Positions 37,503 through 47,221 are shown, counted from the stretch's first letter. The stretch: 64,000 nucleotides of DNA from an uncultured bacterium (GCA_965603125.1 CBFDBU010000002.1:2046-66045); one strand, 5' to 3'. Notes: generated by a model from the letters alone, not told the origin. A program made the numbers and translations.

Positions 37503-37588
37503 GGGCAGACGGGATGTCTGCCGCCCACGAAAACATCTCACTCGTTCAGGATGAATTCAACGGTATATGTCACCCACACGCTGATGGG
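37503..37588. repeat. Right copy of the 86-bp direct repeat; it overlaps the real 3' end of the TonB-like gene
   Basis: See 35534-35619. Contains the stop codon (37538-37540) and the hairpin GGCAGAC-N5-GTCTGCC. Confidence 0.85.
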
Positions 37589-38266
37589 GCGGCCGTTCTG
37601 GATGCCGGGAGTGAACTTGTTCTTGTACGCCGCTTTCACTGCCGCCTCATCCAGCATGGCGCTTCCGGATGATACATAAGCCACCGCCCTGCGCACACTG
37701 CCGTCCTTGCCCACAAGAGCCTGTATAATCACCACCCCTTCCATGCCTGCCAGCCTGGCCGGTCGCGGGTAGTCAGGCTGCTCGCGGAAGATCATCTCCG
37801 GCCGCTTCTCCATGGGAACGAACTTGGTGATCTCGGGAATGGGATCATCACCGAGGTCGACGATGATACCCACGCCGTCGGAAGGAATATCACCACTGGA
37901 TCGGCCGAACTCGGCCAGGTCCTGCCGGCTGGCAATGACGACATCCTCATCAATCATTTCCTCGTCAGGTACCGCCGTAGGGATACCGACCCTCGCCTGG
38001 ACCTTCTGAGGCCTGACAACTCGTACCTGAGGCTCGCTGCGGATAATGCTCGGAGGGGGAACAAACTTGAGGGAGATTATCAATCTGTCTGGTGGCGGCG
38101 TGATCACCTCCGCTCCCGAAAGGGCATCCACTAACCAGGCTGTTCCCAGAACGGCCAGGACCAGCAGAATCGTCAGGCCGTTGCTCATCAGCATGTTGCG
38201 CTGGTAGGTGGCCTTAAGGAGACTGGCTCCATAGGGCGTGTAGATAACGTTATTGGCTGGTGTCAT
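37538..38266 (-). CDS. TonB-family energy-transducer protein
   Basis: N-terminal TM 'LTILLVLAVLGTAWLV', a proline-rich linker, and the C-terminal TonB_C domain 'PDYPRPARLAGMEGVVIIQALVGKDGSV...SSGSAMLDEAAVKAA...F.PG.QNGRPI'. Confidence 0.75.
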   Translation of the reverse strand: MTPANNVIYTPYGASLLKATYQRNMLMSNGLTILLVLAVLGTAWLVDALSGAEVITPPPDRLIISLKFVPPPSIIRSEPQVRVVRPQKVQARVGIPTAVPDEEMIDEDVVIASRQDLAEFGRSSGDIPSDGVGIIVDLGDDPIPEITKFVPMEKRPEMIFREQPDYPRPARLAGMEGVVIIQALVGKDGSVRRAVAYVSSGSAMLDEAAVKAAYKNKFTPGIQNGRPISVWVTYTVEFILNE

Positions 38267-38376
38267 AATACATCACCTCACTCTCATGCCTCATGCGAGG
38301 CTCCCCGACCGATTGATCACTCCTTGCTGCAAACGGCCCTCATTGAGAAAGACGAACGAGAGCGGCGATTGTTTAG

Positions 38377-38706
38377 CCCGAACCACAAGAACAACTTGTT
38401 GAGTGGTTTTTCTCCGGCGGGGCGCTGGGGAATATCATCGATCGCATCCGCCTCGGCAAGGTAGTCGACTTTATCGATGTGGATATTTCCGACGTGAGCC
38501 TGTTCGGTCGTGAATTGGAACGTTGGTGGACGTTCAACATCGCCGACAATGCCATCACCTGCGCCATTATCGTGCTGCTGATCCGGATATTCTTTGTCCG
38601 ACAGTATCCTTCGGTCGAACCGGCCGAGGCACCGGAGACGTCGCCCGCGCGTTGCCTCATTGAAAGATGTCACCGAAGATTTCGTGGTGATCACGGCCAA
38701 GCTTAA
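38377..38706 (+). pseudogene. lspA: C-terminal fragment of signal peptidase II (lspA); the N-terminal two-thirds are missing
   Basis: Own translation: '...GGALGNIIDRIRLGKVVDFIDV....WWTFNIADNAITCAIIVLLI' is the conserved LspA C-terminal block. An in-frame TAG lies at 38374-38376. Only 110 bp separate it from the divergent TonB-like gene. No other frame upstream encodes the LspA TM1-3 / 'N.G.AF' region. Confidence 0.55.
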
Positions 38707-38778
38707 ACACTGTGATTGCCTTGACAGCCCGAATTTCGTATGCTCAGAGTGACTGAACACTTAAGAGTATGCGAGGAC

Positions 38779-41754
38779 ATGAAAAACCTGATTACAAAGA
38801 TATTCGGCACCAAGCACGAGCGGGACGCTAAGAACATGCAGCCGCTGGTGGATGAGATAAACCGGTTCTACGCCGAACTGGAGAAGCTGAGCGAGGAGGA
38901 ACTCAAAGCCAGGACCGACGATTTCAGAAGGCGTCTTAAAGAAGGCGAGACGCTCGATGAAATCATGCCGGAGGCGTTCGCCGTTGTCAAGGAAGCCTGC
39001 CGTCGTCACCTGGGTCAGACGTGGGAAGTGGCCGGAATCGAGACAGAGTGGAACATGGTCCATTTTGACGTTCAGCTTATCGGCGGGATCGCGCTCCACC
39101 AGGGAAAGATCGCCGAGATGGCCACCGGCGAGGGCAAGACGGTCGTGGCCACGTTGCCGGTTTATCTCAACGCTCTGGAAGGCAAGGGAGTCCATATCGT
39201 CACGGTCAACGACTACCTCGCCCTCCGTGACCGCGACTGGATGGGCAGGATCTACGAGTATCTCGGCCTCACCGTGGGCGTTATCCAGAACCAGATGACC
39301 AACGCCGAACGCCGCGAAATGTACTCGTGCGACGTCACTTTCGGCACCGCCAATGAGTTCGGGTTCGACTACCTTCGCGACAACATGTGCCAGCGAGCCG
39401 AAGACCGCGCCCATCGCAATTTCCACTATGCCATTATTGACGAAGTCGACTCCATCCTTGTGGACGAGGCTCGAACTCCCCTGATAATCTCCGGCATGGT
39501 GGAGTCGTCGGGGCACGACCGCTATAGCCAGATGAAGCCGACGGTCGAGAAGATCGTCCGCAAACAGACGGTGCTTGTCAACGACATGCTCTCCAGGGCG
39601 GAAAAACTGCTCGCCGGCGAGAAAGCCGAAGACGAATTCGAGGCCGGCATCCAGTTGCTGGCGGTTAACCGCGGTGCTCCCAAGGCCAAACGACTGCTCA
39701 AAATCCTCAAAGAGCCGGGCATGAAAAAGCTGATGACGAGCGTCGAGTCGGCTTTCATGCGTGACAAGAAACTCCACGAAATCGACGACCGCCTCTACTA
39801 CTTCATAGACGAGCGGGAGCACACCATTGCCCTGACCGACACGGGCACGGTGCAACTGTCCCCTGAAGAGCAGAAGCTGTTCGAAATACCGGACATCTCT
39901 ACCATGCTCTCGGAACTTGACGGCAACGAATCACTCTCAGACGAGGAGCGGAAGCAGAAGACGGACGAGATCTACCGCGTCCACGGCGAGCGCTCCGAGA
40001 AAGTCCATGCCATCAGCCAGCTCCTGCGCGCCTATTCGCTGTATGAGAAGGACGCCGAGTACGTCGTCCAGGACGGCAAGGTGATGATTGTCGATGAGTT
40101 CACCGGTCGTATTCTGGCAGGTCGCCGCTACAGCGACGGCCTCCACCAGGCTATCGAGGCCAAGGAAGGAGTTCGCATCGAAGCGGAATCGCAGACGCTC
40201 GCGACGGTGACTCTTCAGAATTACTTCCGCATGTACGACAAGCTCGCCGGCATGACCGGAACCGCCGAAACCGAGGCGCAGGAATTTTTCGACATCTACA
40301 AGTTAGACGTCATGGTCATCCCGACCAATGTATCGGTCGTGCGCGATGACCGAGACGACCGTATCTACCGCACCCGCCGTGAGAAATACAACGCCATCAT
40401 CAAGGAGATAAAAGAGAAGCACGAGAACGGCCAGCCGGTCCTTGTGGGCACTGTCACGGTTGACGTCTCCGAGACCCTTTCCCGCATGCTCAAAAGAGCC
40501 GGGATACCGCACAACGTCCTCAACGCCAAACACCATCAGAAAGAGGCGGAAATCATCGCCCACGCCGGAGGTAGCGGCGCCGTGACGATAGCCACTAACA
40601 TGGCCGGACGCGGCACGGACATCAAGCTCGGTGAGGGCGTTGTGGAACGCGGCGGGTTGCACATCGTCGGCACCGGGCGTCACGAGTCACGGCGTATCGA
40701 CCGCCAGTTGCGCGGGCGGTCCGGCCGCCAGGGCGATCCCGGTTCCTCGCTGTTTTTCCTCTCGCTCGAGGACGACCTCATGCGCCTGTTCGGCGGTGAC
40801 CGCCTGGGCACGGTCATGGACAAGCTGGGCGTCGAGGAAGGCGAGGTCATCGCACACGGCATGGTGACCAAGGCCATTGAACGGGCGCAGAAAAAAGTCG
40901 AGGCCCAGAACTTCGCCATCCGCAAACACACTCTCGACTATGACGACGTGATGAACGTCCAGCGTAAATGGATCTACGAGCGCCGCCTGGCCGCCCTCGA
41001 ACGGGAATCGATCAAGGACGAAGTAGTGGAACTGATCGAGGATGTCCTCGTGGGTTTGATCGACGCCCACTGCCCGGAGAAGCTGCACCCCGAGGAGTGG
41101 AACCTGAAGGGCTTCACCGAGGAACTGCGCAAGATCTACCTGCTCAACCTTCAGTTCAAGCCGGAGGATATCGAGAAGCTGACGCGTGAATCGCTCAAGG
41201 AGAACGTTCTGGGGGCGATCATGGCTTTCTACACCCAGAAGGAAGCCGCTTACGGCGAGGAAGTCATGCGCCAGTTGGAGCGCTACGCCGTGCTGTCGAC
41301 AATCGACCACCACTGGCGCGACCACCTTGCTGAAGTCGAGGAGCTTCGGGCGGGAATCGGACTGCGGGCTTACCACGGCGGGATGGGCAAGCCGATCGAC
41401 ATCTACAAGCGCGAGGCGTTCAAGATATTCCAGGACATGGTGGAGACGGTCGACCGGGAAATTATCAATCTCGTCTACAAGCTGCGGGTGAACGTGCCTG
41501 AGAAATCGCGCTCCGAGCGCCGCCGCGAAACGCAAATGGTCACCTCACACGCCGACACGACCGGCATGGGCCTGTCTGCCCCCCCGCCGTCGGTGGAAGG
41601 CGCTCCACAGGAGAAAAACCCCATGGCCGAGGCCTCCCAGGCCGGTAAACAGAACCGCACTTTTCGCCGTCAGGTGCCCAAGGTCGGACGCAACGATCCC
41701 TGCCCCTGCGGCTCCGGCAAGAAATACAAAAAATGCCACGGGAAAGGGGAGTAG
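38779..41754 (+). CDS. secA: Preprotein translocase ATPase SecA
   Basis: ATG 38779 after GAGG: '[16 protein letters not shown]'. 'MATGEGKT', '[21 protein letters not shown]', '[13 protein letters not shown]', C-terminal Zn finger '[14 protein letters not shown]'. Confidence 0.95.
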   Translation: MKNLITKIFGTKHERDAKNMQPLVDEINRFYAELEKLSEEELKARTDDFRRRLKEGETLDEIMPEAFAVVKEACRRHLGQTWEVAGIETEWNMVHFDVQLIGGIALHQGKIAEMATGEGKTVVATLPVYLNALEGKGVHIVTVNDYLALRDRDWMGRIYEYLGLTVGVIQNQMTNAERREMYSCDVTFGTANEFGFDYLRDNMCQRAEDRAHRNFHYAIIDEVDSILVDEARTPLIISGMVESSGHDRYSQMKPTVEKIVRKQTVLVNDMLSRAEKLLAGEKAEDEFEAGIQLLAVNRGAPKAKRLLKILKEPGMKKLMTSVESAFMRDKKLHEIDDRLYYFIDEREHTIALTDTGTVQLSPEEQKLFEIPDISTMLSELDGNESLSDEERKQKTDEIYRVHGERSEKVHAISQLLRAYSLYEKDAEYVVQDGKVMIVDEFTGRILAGRRYSDGLHQAIEAKEGVRIEAESQTLATVTLQNYFRMYDKLAGMTGTAETEAQEFFDIYKLDVMVIPTNVSVVRDDRDDRIYRTRREKYNAIIKEIKEKHENGQPVLVGTVTVDVSETLSRMLKRAGIPHNVLNAKHHQKEAEIIAHAGGSGAVTIATNMAGRGTDIKLGEGVVERGGLHIVGTGRHESRRIDRQLRGRSGRQGDPGSSLFFLSLEDDLMRLFGGDRLGTVMDKLGVEEGEVIAHGMVTKAIERAQKKVEAQNFAIRKHTLDYDDVMNVQRKWIYERRLAALERESIKDEVVELIEDVLVGLIDAHCPEKLHPEEWNLKGFTEELRKIYLLNLQFKPEDIEKLTRESLKENVLGAIMAFYTQKEAAYGEEVMRQLERYAVLSTIDHHWRDHLAEVEELRAGIGLRAYHGGMGKPIDIYKREAFKIFQDMVETVDREIINLVYKLRVNVPEKSRSERRRETQMVTSHADTTGMGLSAPPPSVEGAPQEKNPMAEASQAGKQNRTFRRQVPKVGRNDPCPCGSGKKYKKCHGKGE

Positions 41755-42005
41755 GGGTGCGAACTGTCACTCTGATAGGCGGCGGAAGCAGGAATTGGCC
41801 TTGACTATGATGGCAGCAGAGAATCATATTGTTTTTGAATGAATGTGGTGCGAATCTTGATAATTGAGATTTTAGTGAGATTGGCGAATGCCTCAATCTC
41901 CGCCACAACCAATAACGAGGTAAGGAATGAGAATACCGAGTCATCGCCGTCAACATCGCCAGCGAAGGCTAACCTAGCGACACCGTCATGGCGGGGCTAT
42001 GAAAA

Positions 42006-42995
42006 ATGAAGAACAATCCATTACCAAGACTTGATGAAAACGAGGAGATTCGAAAAAAACTGCTTCCTCATTGCCGCTTGACAACCGGCGATATCTGGCA
42101 TGATCCTCAAGGAAAACATCGTGTGGGATGTCTTGATGCAACGAATGAAGAGCACGTTCAACAACTCCATAATGGTACATTTGCTAAGCTCGCTATACAC
42201 GACCCACCATATAACCTGGTTGCATTTGAAGAACGCCGTCTTCATGAGTTCATTGATTGGTGCGAACAATGGGTCAGGAATTCGGTGAACCATTTGACAA
42301 AAGATTCTTCTCTATACATATGGCTTGGCGCTGACCAGAAAAACAGTTTTCAACCTTTACCAGATTTTATGGTAATGATGCGGTACATCAAGGAGGTCAA
42401 GTCCCGCTCATTCATAACGATGAGAAATCAAAGAGGATACGGTACACAGAAAAATTGGATGGCAGTAAGACAGGAACTTCTCTATTACACAAAGGGACAA
42501 CCTTACTTTTCAGTACAGTATACCGATATCCCCAAAATACTGCGTGGGTATTACAAAGAGGTGGGTGGGCAGCTAACTGAAAACGGAGAGCGCAGCAAGT
42601 CGAATAACATAAGACCAGGCAATGTGTGGGTAGACATCCAACAAGTCTTTTATCGCATGGAAGAAAACGTATCAGGTTGCTATGCCCAGAAGCCTTTGAA
42701 ATGTATTGACCGCATAATCACTTCGAGTTCGCAAAAAGGTGATCTGGTAGCTGACTATTTTGCTCACTCCGGTACCACATTGATTTCAGCGGAATACTTG
42801 GGCAGAAAATGTTTCACAATGGATATTGACCCAATATTTTGTGAGATAGCAATTCGTCGCCTTGAGCAATTTAGGTTGACCGGGCGCATAGGTTGGCAAA
42901 ACACACATCCTTTTGAAGGCATTACTTCACTTAAGACCGAAAACAACAACAAAACGAAAGGGCGGGGTGCTCAAATTCAAGGAACTTTGTTTTAG
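42006..42995 (+). CDS. N6-adenine (or N4-cytosine) DNA methyltransferase, beta class (N6_N4_Mtase type)
   Basis: Motif IV 'IHDPPYN' near the N-terminus, 'AQKPLKCIDRII', and motif I 'DYFAHSGTTLISA' near the C-terminus (IV before I = beta order). AT-rich gene. Confidence 0.8.
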   Translation: MKNNPLPRLDENEEIRKKLLPHCRLTTGDIWHDPQGKHRVGCLDATNEEHVQQLHNGTFAKLAIHDPPYNLVAFEERRLHEFIDWCEQWVRNSVNHLTKDSSLYIWLGADQKNSFQPLPDFMVMMRYIKEVKSRSFITMRNQRGYGTQKNWMAVRQELLYYTKGQPYFSVQYTDIPKILRGYYKEVGGQLTENGERSKSNNIRPGNVWVDIQQVFYRMEENVSGCYAQKPLKCIDRIITSSSQKGDLVADYFAHSGTTLISAEYLGRKCFTMDIDPIFCEIAIRRLEQFRLTGRIGWQNTHPFEGITSLKTENNNKTKGRGAQIQGTLF

Positions 42996-43005
42996 TAGCA
43001 AGAAT

Positions 43006-43731
43006 ATGGAAAAACTGCGGAAACAACTTGATGCACTCATTTCGCCCCTTGAGAACGAGGCAGAATTACGACAACGTTTAGACGACCTCTTGTCTGTGTT
43101 CCCCTTTAATGAGTTTGAATATATCATTTCGACATTGCTTGGGTTGGATAAACTGACGTTAGACGAATACTACGAATTAAGAGATGAATACATATCACGG
43201 AACATGTTCTTGTACGTTTTCGAAATGACTTCTCCAAGAGGGTTCGGAGAAACATGGGCACAGGGGCATCTTAAGGAGCTAGTACCGGAATTAGTTAAAC
43301 CGTCGAAAAAGCGGGACCCCGATTACTCCGGACAATATGATCTCTCTCTCGATGGAAAGATAAGAATTGAGGTGAAAGCATCAAGGGCAGTTGACTTCGA
43401 TAGTAGAGAATCGCTCCCTGTAAAGGCCCTTTCTTCGGATTCTGACAAGTCATTTGATATGAATTTCCAGCAAACCAAACCATCCTGTTGTGATGTATTC
43501 ATTTGGGTTGGCGTCTGGCGTAATGTGATACGGTATTGGGTTCTATCCTCTAATGAAGTTGCGAATAACAAGTACTTCTCGAAGGGCCAGCATCGTGGCA
43601 ACGTCGGAGAAGGGCAACTCCATCTGAATCACGACAACATTCACGAGTTTACCGAATATGAAGCAAAGTCCAACCGCTTGCTTGAATCCATAAGAGAGGC
43701 ATACCAACGTCAGATGGGAAGTCATGTGTAA
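43006..43731 (+). CDS. Putative PD-(D/E)xK restriction endonuclease partner
   Basis: ATG 43006 lies 10 nt after the MTase stop. The 'YDLSLDGKIRIEVKASR' motif fits D-x(n)-E-x-K. Same AT-rich composition. No other motif recognised. Confidence 0.45.
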   Translation: MEKLRKQLDALISPLENEAELRQRLDDLLSVFPFNEFEYIISTLLGLDKLTLDEYYELRDEYISRNMFLYVFEMTSPRGFGETWAQGHLKELVPELVKPSKKRDPDYSGQYDLSLDGKIRIEVKASRAVDFDSRESLPVKALSSDSDKSFDMNFQQTKPSCCDVFIWVGVWRNVIRYWVLSSNEVANNKYFSKGQHRGNVGEGQLHLNHDNIHEFTEYEAKSNRLLESIREAYQRQMGSHV

Positions 43732-43810
43732 CGGCGTCAATCCGCCCCCGGATGGTTATGGTGTTACTTTTTGTTCTTCTTCACATCGTAGTAATTCCTT
43801 CCGGCACGTC

Positions 43811-44275
43811 TTAAAGGTCTGAAAACCGCATCACCTGCGGCTTGACCAGTCTTTCGAAGTCCTTGTACTCCATCTTGATCAGTTCCGAGTGGGAACCGGC
43901 ATTGAACGCGATCTCCCGGTCTTCAACCAGGCTCGCCGCAACCAGTGTCCTCATTCCGTAGAGATTCCCAAACGGTGGCATGGCGCCGACATCGCTCTCG
44001 GGGAAAATGTCTTTGAACTCCTTTTCGGTGGCCAGCTTCACATCCTCAGCGCCGATGGCCTTCTTCAGAAGATCGAAATCGACTTGGTAGGACGCAGGAA
44101 GAACAGCCATCGCCATCTCGCCCGTGATCTTGATGATTACCGTCTTGGCCAGATTCTTTCCCGGAATGTGAGCCAGGGCGGCGATTTGTTGAGCCGTGTA
44201 AGCCGGCGAGTGACTGATCATCTCGTACTTGACATCATGCTCGTCCAGGAACTCCTTTAATCTCTTGATAGGCAT
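43811..44275 (-). CDS. YbaK/EbsC-type aminoacyl-tRNA editing-domain protein
   Basis: 154 aa; 'LAKTVIIK', '[12 protein letters not shown]', '[11 protein letters not shown]', 'FNAGSH'. Confidence 0.65.
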   Translation of the reverse strand: MPIKRLKEFLDEHDVKYEMISHSPAYTAQQIAALAHIPGKNLAKTVIIKITGEMAMAVLPASYQVDFDLLKKAIGAEDVKLATEKEFKDIFPESDVGAMPPFGNLYGMRTLVAASLVEDREIAFNAGSHSELIKMEYKDFERLVKPQVMRFSDL

Positions 44276-44475
44276 AGGAACCTCCTATATCGTGTCACCT
44301 TTACGTATACGCGACTGGTCGAGGCGAGGTCTCTTCTGTCGAACCAAAGATGAATGCGTCTTTCCAAAACCCCGTATGCAGCAAAGATGCCAAACCACCC
44401 CGGATTTGTCAATGCCGGACTGAACTGAACCGAAAGGCCGTGTAACCCACAACCCTCTGCTGTGGGGTTCTTCGC

Positions 44476-44497
44476 GTCGAAACCCAGGGGTTTCGAC
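44476..44497. repeat. R2 hairpin repeat copy
   Basis: GTCGAAAC-ccaggg-GTTTCGAC followed by 'ctac'. Same stem and 3' flank as 63181-63207. Confidence 0.65.
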
Positions 44498-44545
44498 CTA
44501 CTTCGCTACTGCAAGAGCAGATGCACAGCAGAAGGCGACCGCCCG

Positions 44546-45943
44546 CTAAAACCGGGCCCACCGGGGTACCCGCGGGAAGAGCTGTATGTCGCGGATGTTG
44601 GCGATGCCGGTGATGTACATGAGGGCACGGTCAAAACCCAGCCCGAAACCGGAATGGGGAACGGTCCCGAACCGGCGCAGGTCCAAATACCATTCCAGGC
44701 TCTCAAGCTCAGTCATCCCCTTTTTCTTTATCCTGTCCAGAAGGACGTCGTGACGGTCCTCACGCTGACTACCGCCGATTATCTCACCGACCCGCGGCAC
44801 GAGCACGTCCATGGCGCGGACGGTCTTGCCGTCGTCGTTCACCCACATGTAGAACGGCTTGATCTCCTCCGGGTAATCGTAGACGATGACCGGTCTGCGG
44901 AACGCTTTCTCGGTCAGGTAGCGTTCGTGCTCCGTCTGCAAGTCGGCGCCCCAGGTGGTAGGGTACTCGAACTTTTCACCTGATTTTTCCAGCAGCCTGA
45001 CCGCCTCGGTGTAGGTAATGCGCTCAAAATCGGACTGAACCACACCCTCAAGCGTCTGTCGCGCATTCTTGTCGATCCATTTGCCGAAAAAGTCCATGTC
45101 GTCGGCGCACTTCTCCAGCGCGTAACCAAAAAGATGCTTCAGGAAGTCTTCGGCCAGGTCCATATTGTCGTCCAGTTCGGCCCAGGCCATCTCCGGTTCG
45201 ATCATCCAGAACTCCGAGGCATGCCGGGCGGTATTGGAGTTCTCCGCTCTGAAAGTCGGCCCAAAAGTGTAGACATCTCCCAGAGCGAGAGCCATCGATT
45301 CCGCCTCGAGCTGCCCGGAGACGGCCAGGAAAGCCTCGTGGGCGAAAAAGTCCTTGTCCCAGTCAACCCGGCCGTCCTTCATGGGGATATTGATGGGGTC
45401 GAACGAGGAGACGCGGAAAAGATCGCCCGCCCCTTCGCAGTCCGATGCCGAGATGATCGGCGAGTGGATATAATAGAATCCGCGTTGCTGGTAGAATTCA
45501 TGGATGGCGTACGCCAGCCGCGATCGGATTCGACCCACGGCGCCGAAAGTGTTCGTGCGCGGACGGAGATGGGCGATCTCGCGCAGGAACTCAAAACTGT
45601 GCCGTTTCTTCTGCAGGGGATAATCCTGCCCGGCGCCTCCGATCAGATCGACAGTACCCACCGTCAGTTCATACTTCTGTCCCTTGCCCTGTGATATCAC
45701 CAGCCTGCCCTTCATTCGAACCGACGCTCCGGTGAGAATCTTCTCAAGGATGGGGAATTTGGCCGGATCAACAATCACGCCCTGGAGATTACCCATGCAC
45801 GAGCCGTCATTGACCTCTATGAAGGCCACGCCTTTGCCGATCCTGACCGTCCGCACCAGACCCAGCACGGTGATTTCCGAGTCGACGGGGATCTTGTCCT
45901 CAACGATAATCTGTGAAACTCTGGTTCGAATCTTGTAGTCCAT
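44546..45943 (-). CDS. asnS: Asparagine--tRNA ligase
   Basis: ATG 45943 after GGAG: '[13 protein letters not shown]...[17 protein letters not shown]'. Class II motifs '[16 protein letters not shown]' and 'GFGLGFDR'. Confidence 0.9.
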   Translation of the reverse strand: MDYKIRTRVSQIIVEDKIPVDSEITVLGLVRTVRIGKGVAFIEVNDGSCMGNLQGVIVDPAKFPILEKILTGASVRMKGRLVISQGKGQKYELTVGTVDLIGGAGQDYPLQKKRHSFEFLREIAHLRPRTNTFGAVGRIRSRLAYAIHEFYQQRGFYYIHSPIISASDCEGAGDLFRVSSFDPINIPMKDGRVDWDKDFFAHEAFLAVSGQLEAESMALALGDVYTFGPTFRAENSNTARHASEFWMIEPEMAWAELDDNMDLAEDFLKHLFGYALEKCADDMDFFGKWIDKNARQTLEGVVQSDFERITYTEAVRLLEKSGEKFEYPTTWGADLQTEHERYLTEKAFRRPVIVYDYPEEIKPFYMWVNDDGKTVRAMDVLVPRVGEIIGGSQREDRHDVLLDRIKKKGMTELESLEWYLDLRRFGTVPHSGFGLGFDRALMYITGIANIRDIQLFPRVPRWARF

Positions 45944-46257
45944 CGTGCAACTCCGGATAAGAGCTCGAGCGTTCGAAACCCAACCTGAGACAACCGGTAA
46001 TAAAACCGGGTGGCGGCAGCCACGCAAGGTCTAACAGACCGCCAAAGCCATCGTGCGGCGGGCGCGATCCCGTGGCTGTGTGGAGCCGGCAGGCTGGCCG
46101 GAACCCCCGCGCAGCCAACTCCGTGGAGACAACCCTATGGTTGGCACAAAACGACGGCTCTTTTGAAACAAAAACGACGACAAGCCGTATAACACATCAG
46201 AAGCAAGAAAAAGCAGCTTCTTCAGAGATTCTTAGATCCCCAACCTATTCACCCGGT

Positions 46258-46290
46258 GACCCCGGCCTGTCGCAGGCCGGGGTTTTCCGT
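46258..46290 (+). terminator. Plus-strand Rho-independent terminator with no plus-strand CDS upstream
   Basis: CCCCGGCCTG-tcg-CAGGCCGGGG followed by TTTTCC. The T-run is present only on the plus strand. Confidence 0.55.
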
Positions 46291-46329
46291 TGCCGCCGCC
46301 ATGCTCAGCCGAGTTGACCCACATACCAA

Positions 46330-46366
46330 AAGGAAAGGCCGGACTGAAATCCGGCCTTTCCACACT
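46330..46366 (-). terminator. Rho-independent terminator of the SWIB-domain gene
   Basis: Minus strand: GGAAAGGCCGGA-tttcag-TCCGGCCTTTCC then TTTTGG, 20 nt after the stop. Confidence 0.7.
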
Positions 46367-46386
46367 CCAGATGAAAAACCAGTCTG

Positions 46387-46983
46387 CTATGACAAATGCT
46401 TAGAGACCAGTTTCGTCATCTCGAACATCGACACCTTCTTCTTGCCGCCGAAAACCTTTTTCAGTTTGTCATCGGCGTTAATCATCCGACGGTCTACGTT
46501 GTCCTGAAGTTTGTTCTTCTTGATGTAAGCCCAAAGCTTCTTGGTAACCTCGGTGCGCGGTATCGGCTTGGTTCCGACGACTGCCGCCAGCGCCTCCGAG
46601 AGGTTCCACGGCCGCATGAAGGCCGGATTCGGTTTGCGTTTGGTGGTTTTCTTCTTGGCCACAGTCTTCTTCCTGGTAGCGGGTTTTCTGCTGATAGCCT
46701 TCTTCTTGGTGGTGGTCTTCTTTCTGGTGGTGGTCTTTCTGGCGGTTGTTTTGCGAGCCGCGGTCTTTCTGACCGGTTTCTTACGAGCCGTCGCCTTCTT
46801 TCTGGTGGTGGTCTTCTTCCGGGTCGTCATCTTCTTGCGCGCAGCGGTTTTCTTGCGAGTCGCAGTTGCCTTTCTGGCGACAGGTTTTTTCCTGACCGGC
46901 TTCTTTTTGGCTGTCACCTTCCTTCTGGTGGTGGTCTTCCTGGCAGCGGTCTTCTTCTTCGGTTTCTTCTTTGCTACTGCCAT
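46387..46983 (-). CDS. Histone-H1-like K/T/R-rich repeat protein fused to a C-terminal SWIB/MDM2 domain
   Basis: ATG 46983 lies 6 nt after AAGGAG. The N-terminal part, about 115 aa, is built of 'KKTTARK / RKKTTTRKK' units. The C-terminal 'MRPWNLSEALAAVVGTKPIPRTEVTKKLWAYIKKNKLQD...I..DDKLKKVFG...V.MFEM.KL...HL' is the SWIB pattern. Confidence 0.8.
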   Translation of the reverse strand: MAVAKKKPKKKTAARKTTTRRKVTAKKKPVRKKPVARKATATRKKTAARKKMTTRKKTTTRKKATARKKPVRKTAARKTTARKTTTRKKTTTKKKAISRKPATRKKTVAKKKTTKRKPNPAFMRPWNLSEALAAVVGTKPIPRTEVTKKLWAYIKKNKLQDNVDRRMINADDKLKKVFGGKKKVSMFEMTKLVSKHLS

Positions 46984-47221
46984 CGCTTGCTCCTTTGGCA
47001 ATTCGGTTTAGGTTAAATTACTTCTTTCAATCTTCTCTATTTTGAAGGTGGACACTCACATCAATGTTACTTGAATACTCCTGTCCTCCTCTGTGTCCTC
47101 CTGTGTGTAGAAATAGTTTTTTCCAAAACGTCTTGGCAAGAAAAAACATGGGGGCAGGGAAAAAAAGTGTGCTCCTTCCGGGTTGTCCGAGGGGCCATTA
47201 GCGGCTGTCACGAGACACAAC

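Noticed and set aside
38317-38760. 147-aa minus-strand ORF upstream of secA
   Set aside because: It is antisense to the much more convincing LspA C-terminal motif block on the plus strand, and it has no motif of its own.
38761-39855. 364-aa minus-strand ORF, and similar long antisense ORFs at 14332-15738, 31928-33190, 49400-51244, 53981-55219, 58384-60438 and 60452-61219
   Set aside because: Each lies opposite a gene with unambiguous motifs (secA, pepF, GH57, trkH/trkA, gene C, gene D/PP2C, GT39). They are typical stop-poor antisense frames of GC-rich coding DNA, and none has a recognisable motif.
46130-46200. tmRNA-like 'AACGACGA' tag-start sequence
   Set aside because: No frame gives a tag ending in the usual hydrophobic '..AA' before a stop. 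There is no 5' GGGG acceptor strand and no 3' T-arm/ACCA-like end in the region. The 3' hairpin is an ordinary terminator.
46396-47016. Plus-strand ORFs of 206 and 156 aa opposite the SWIB gene
   Set aside because: These are antisense reading of the K/T/R repeat (giving L/F/G/S-rich nonsense). The minus-strand product has an RBS, a terminator and a recognisable SWIB domain.
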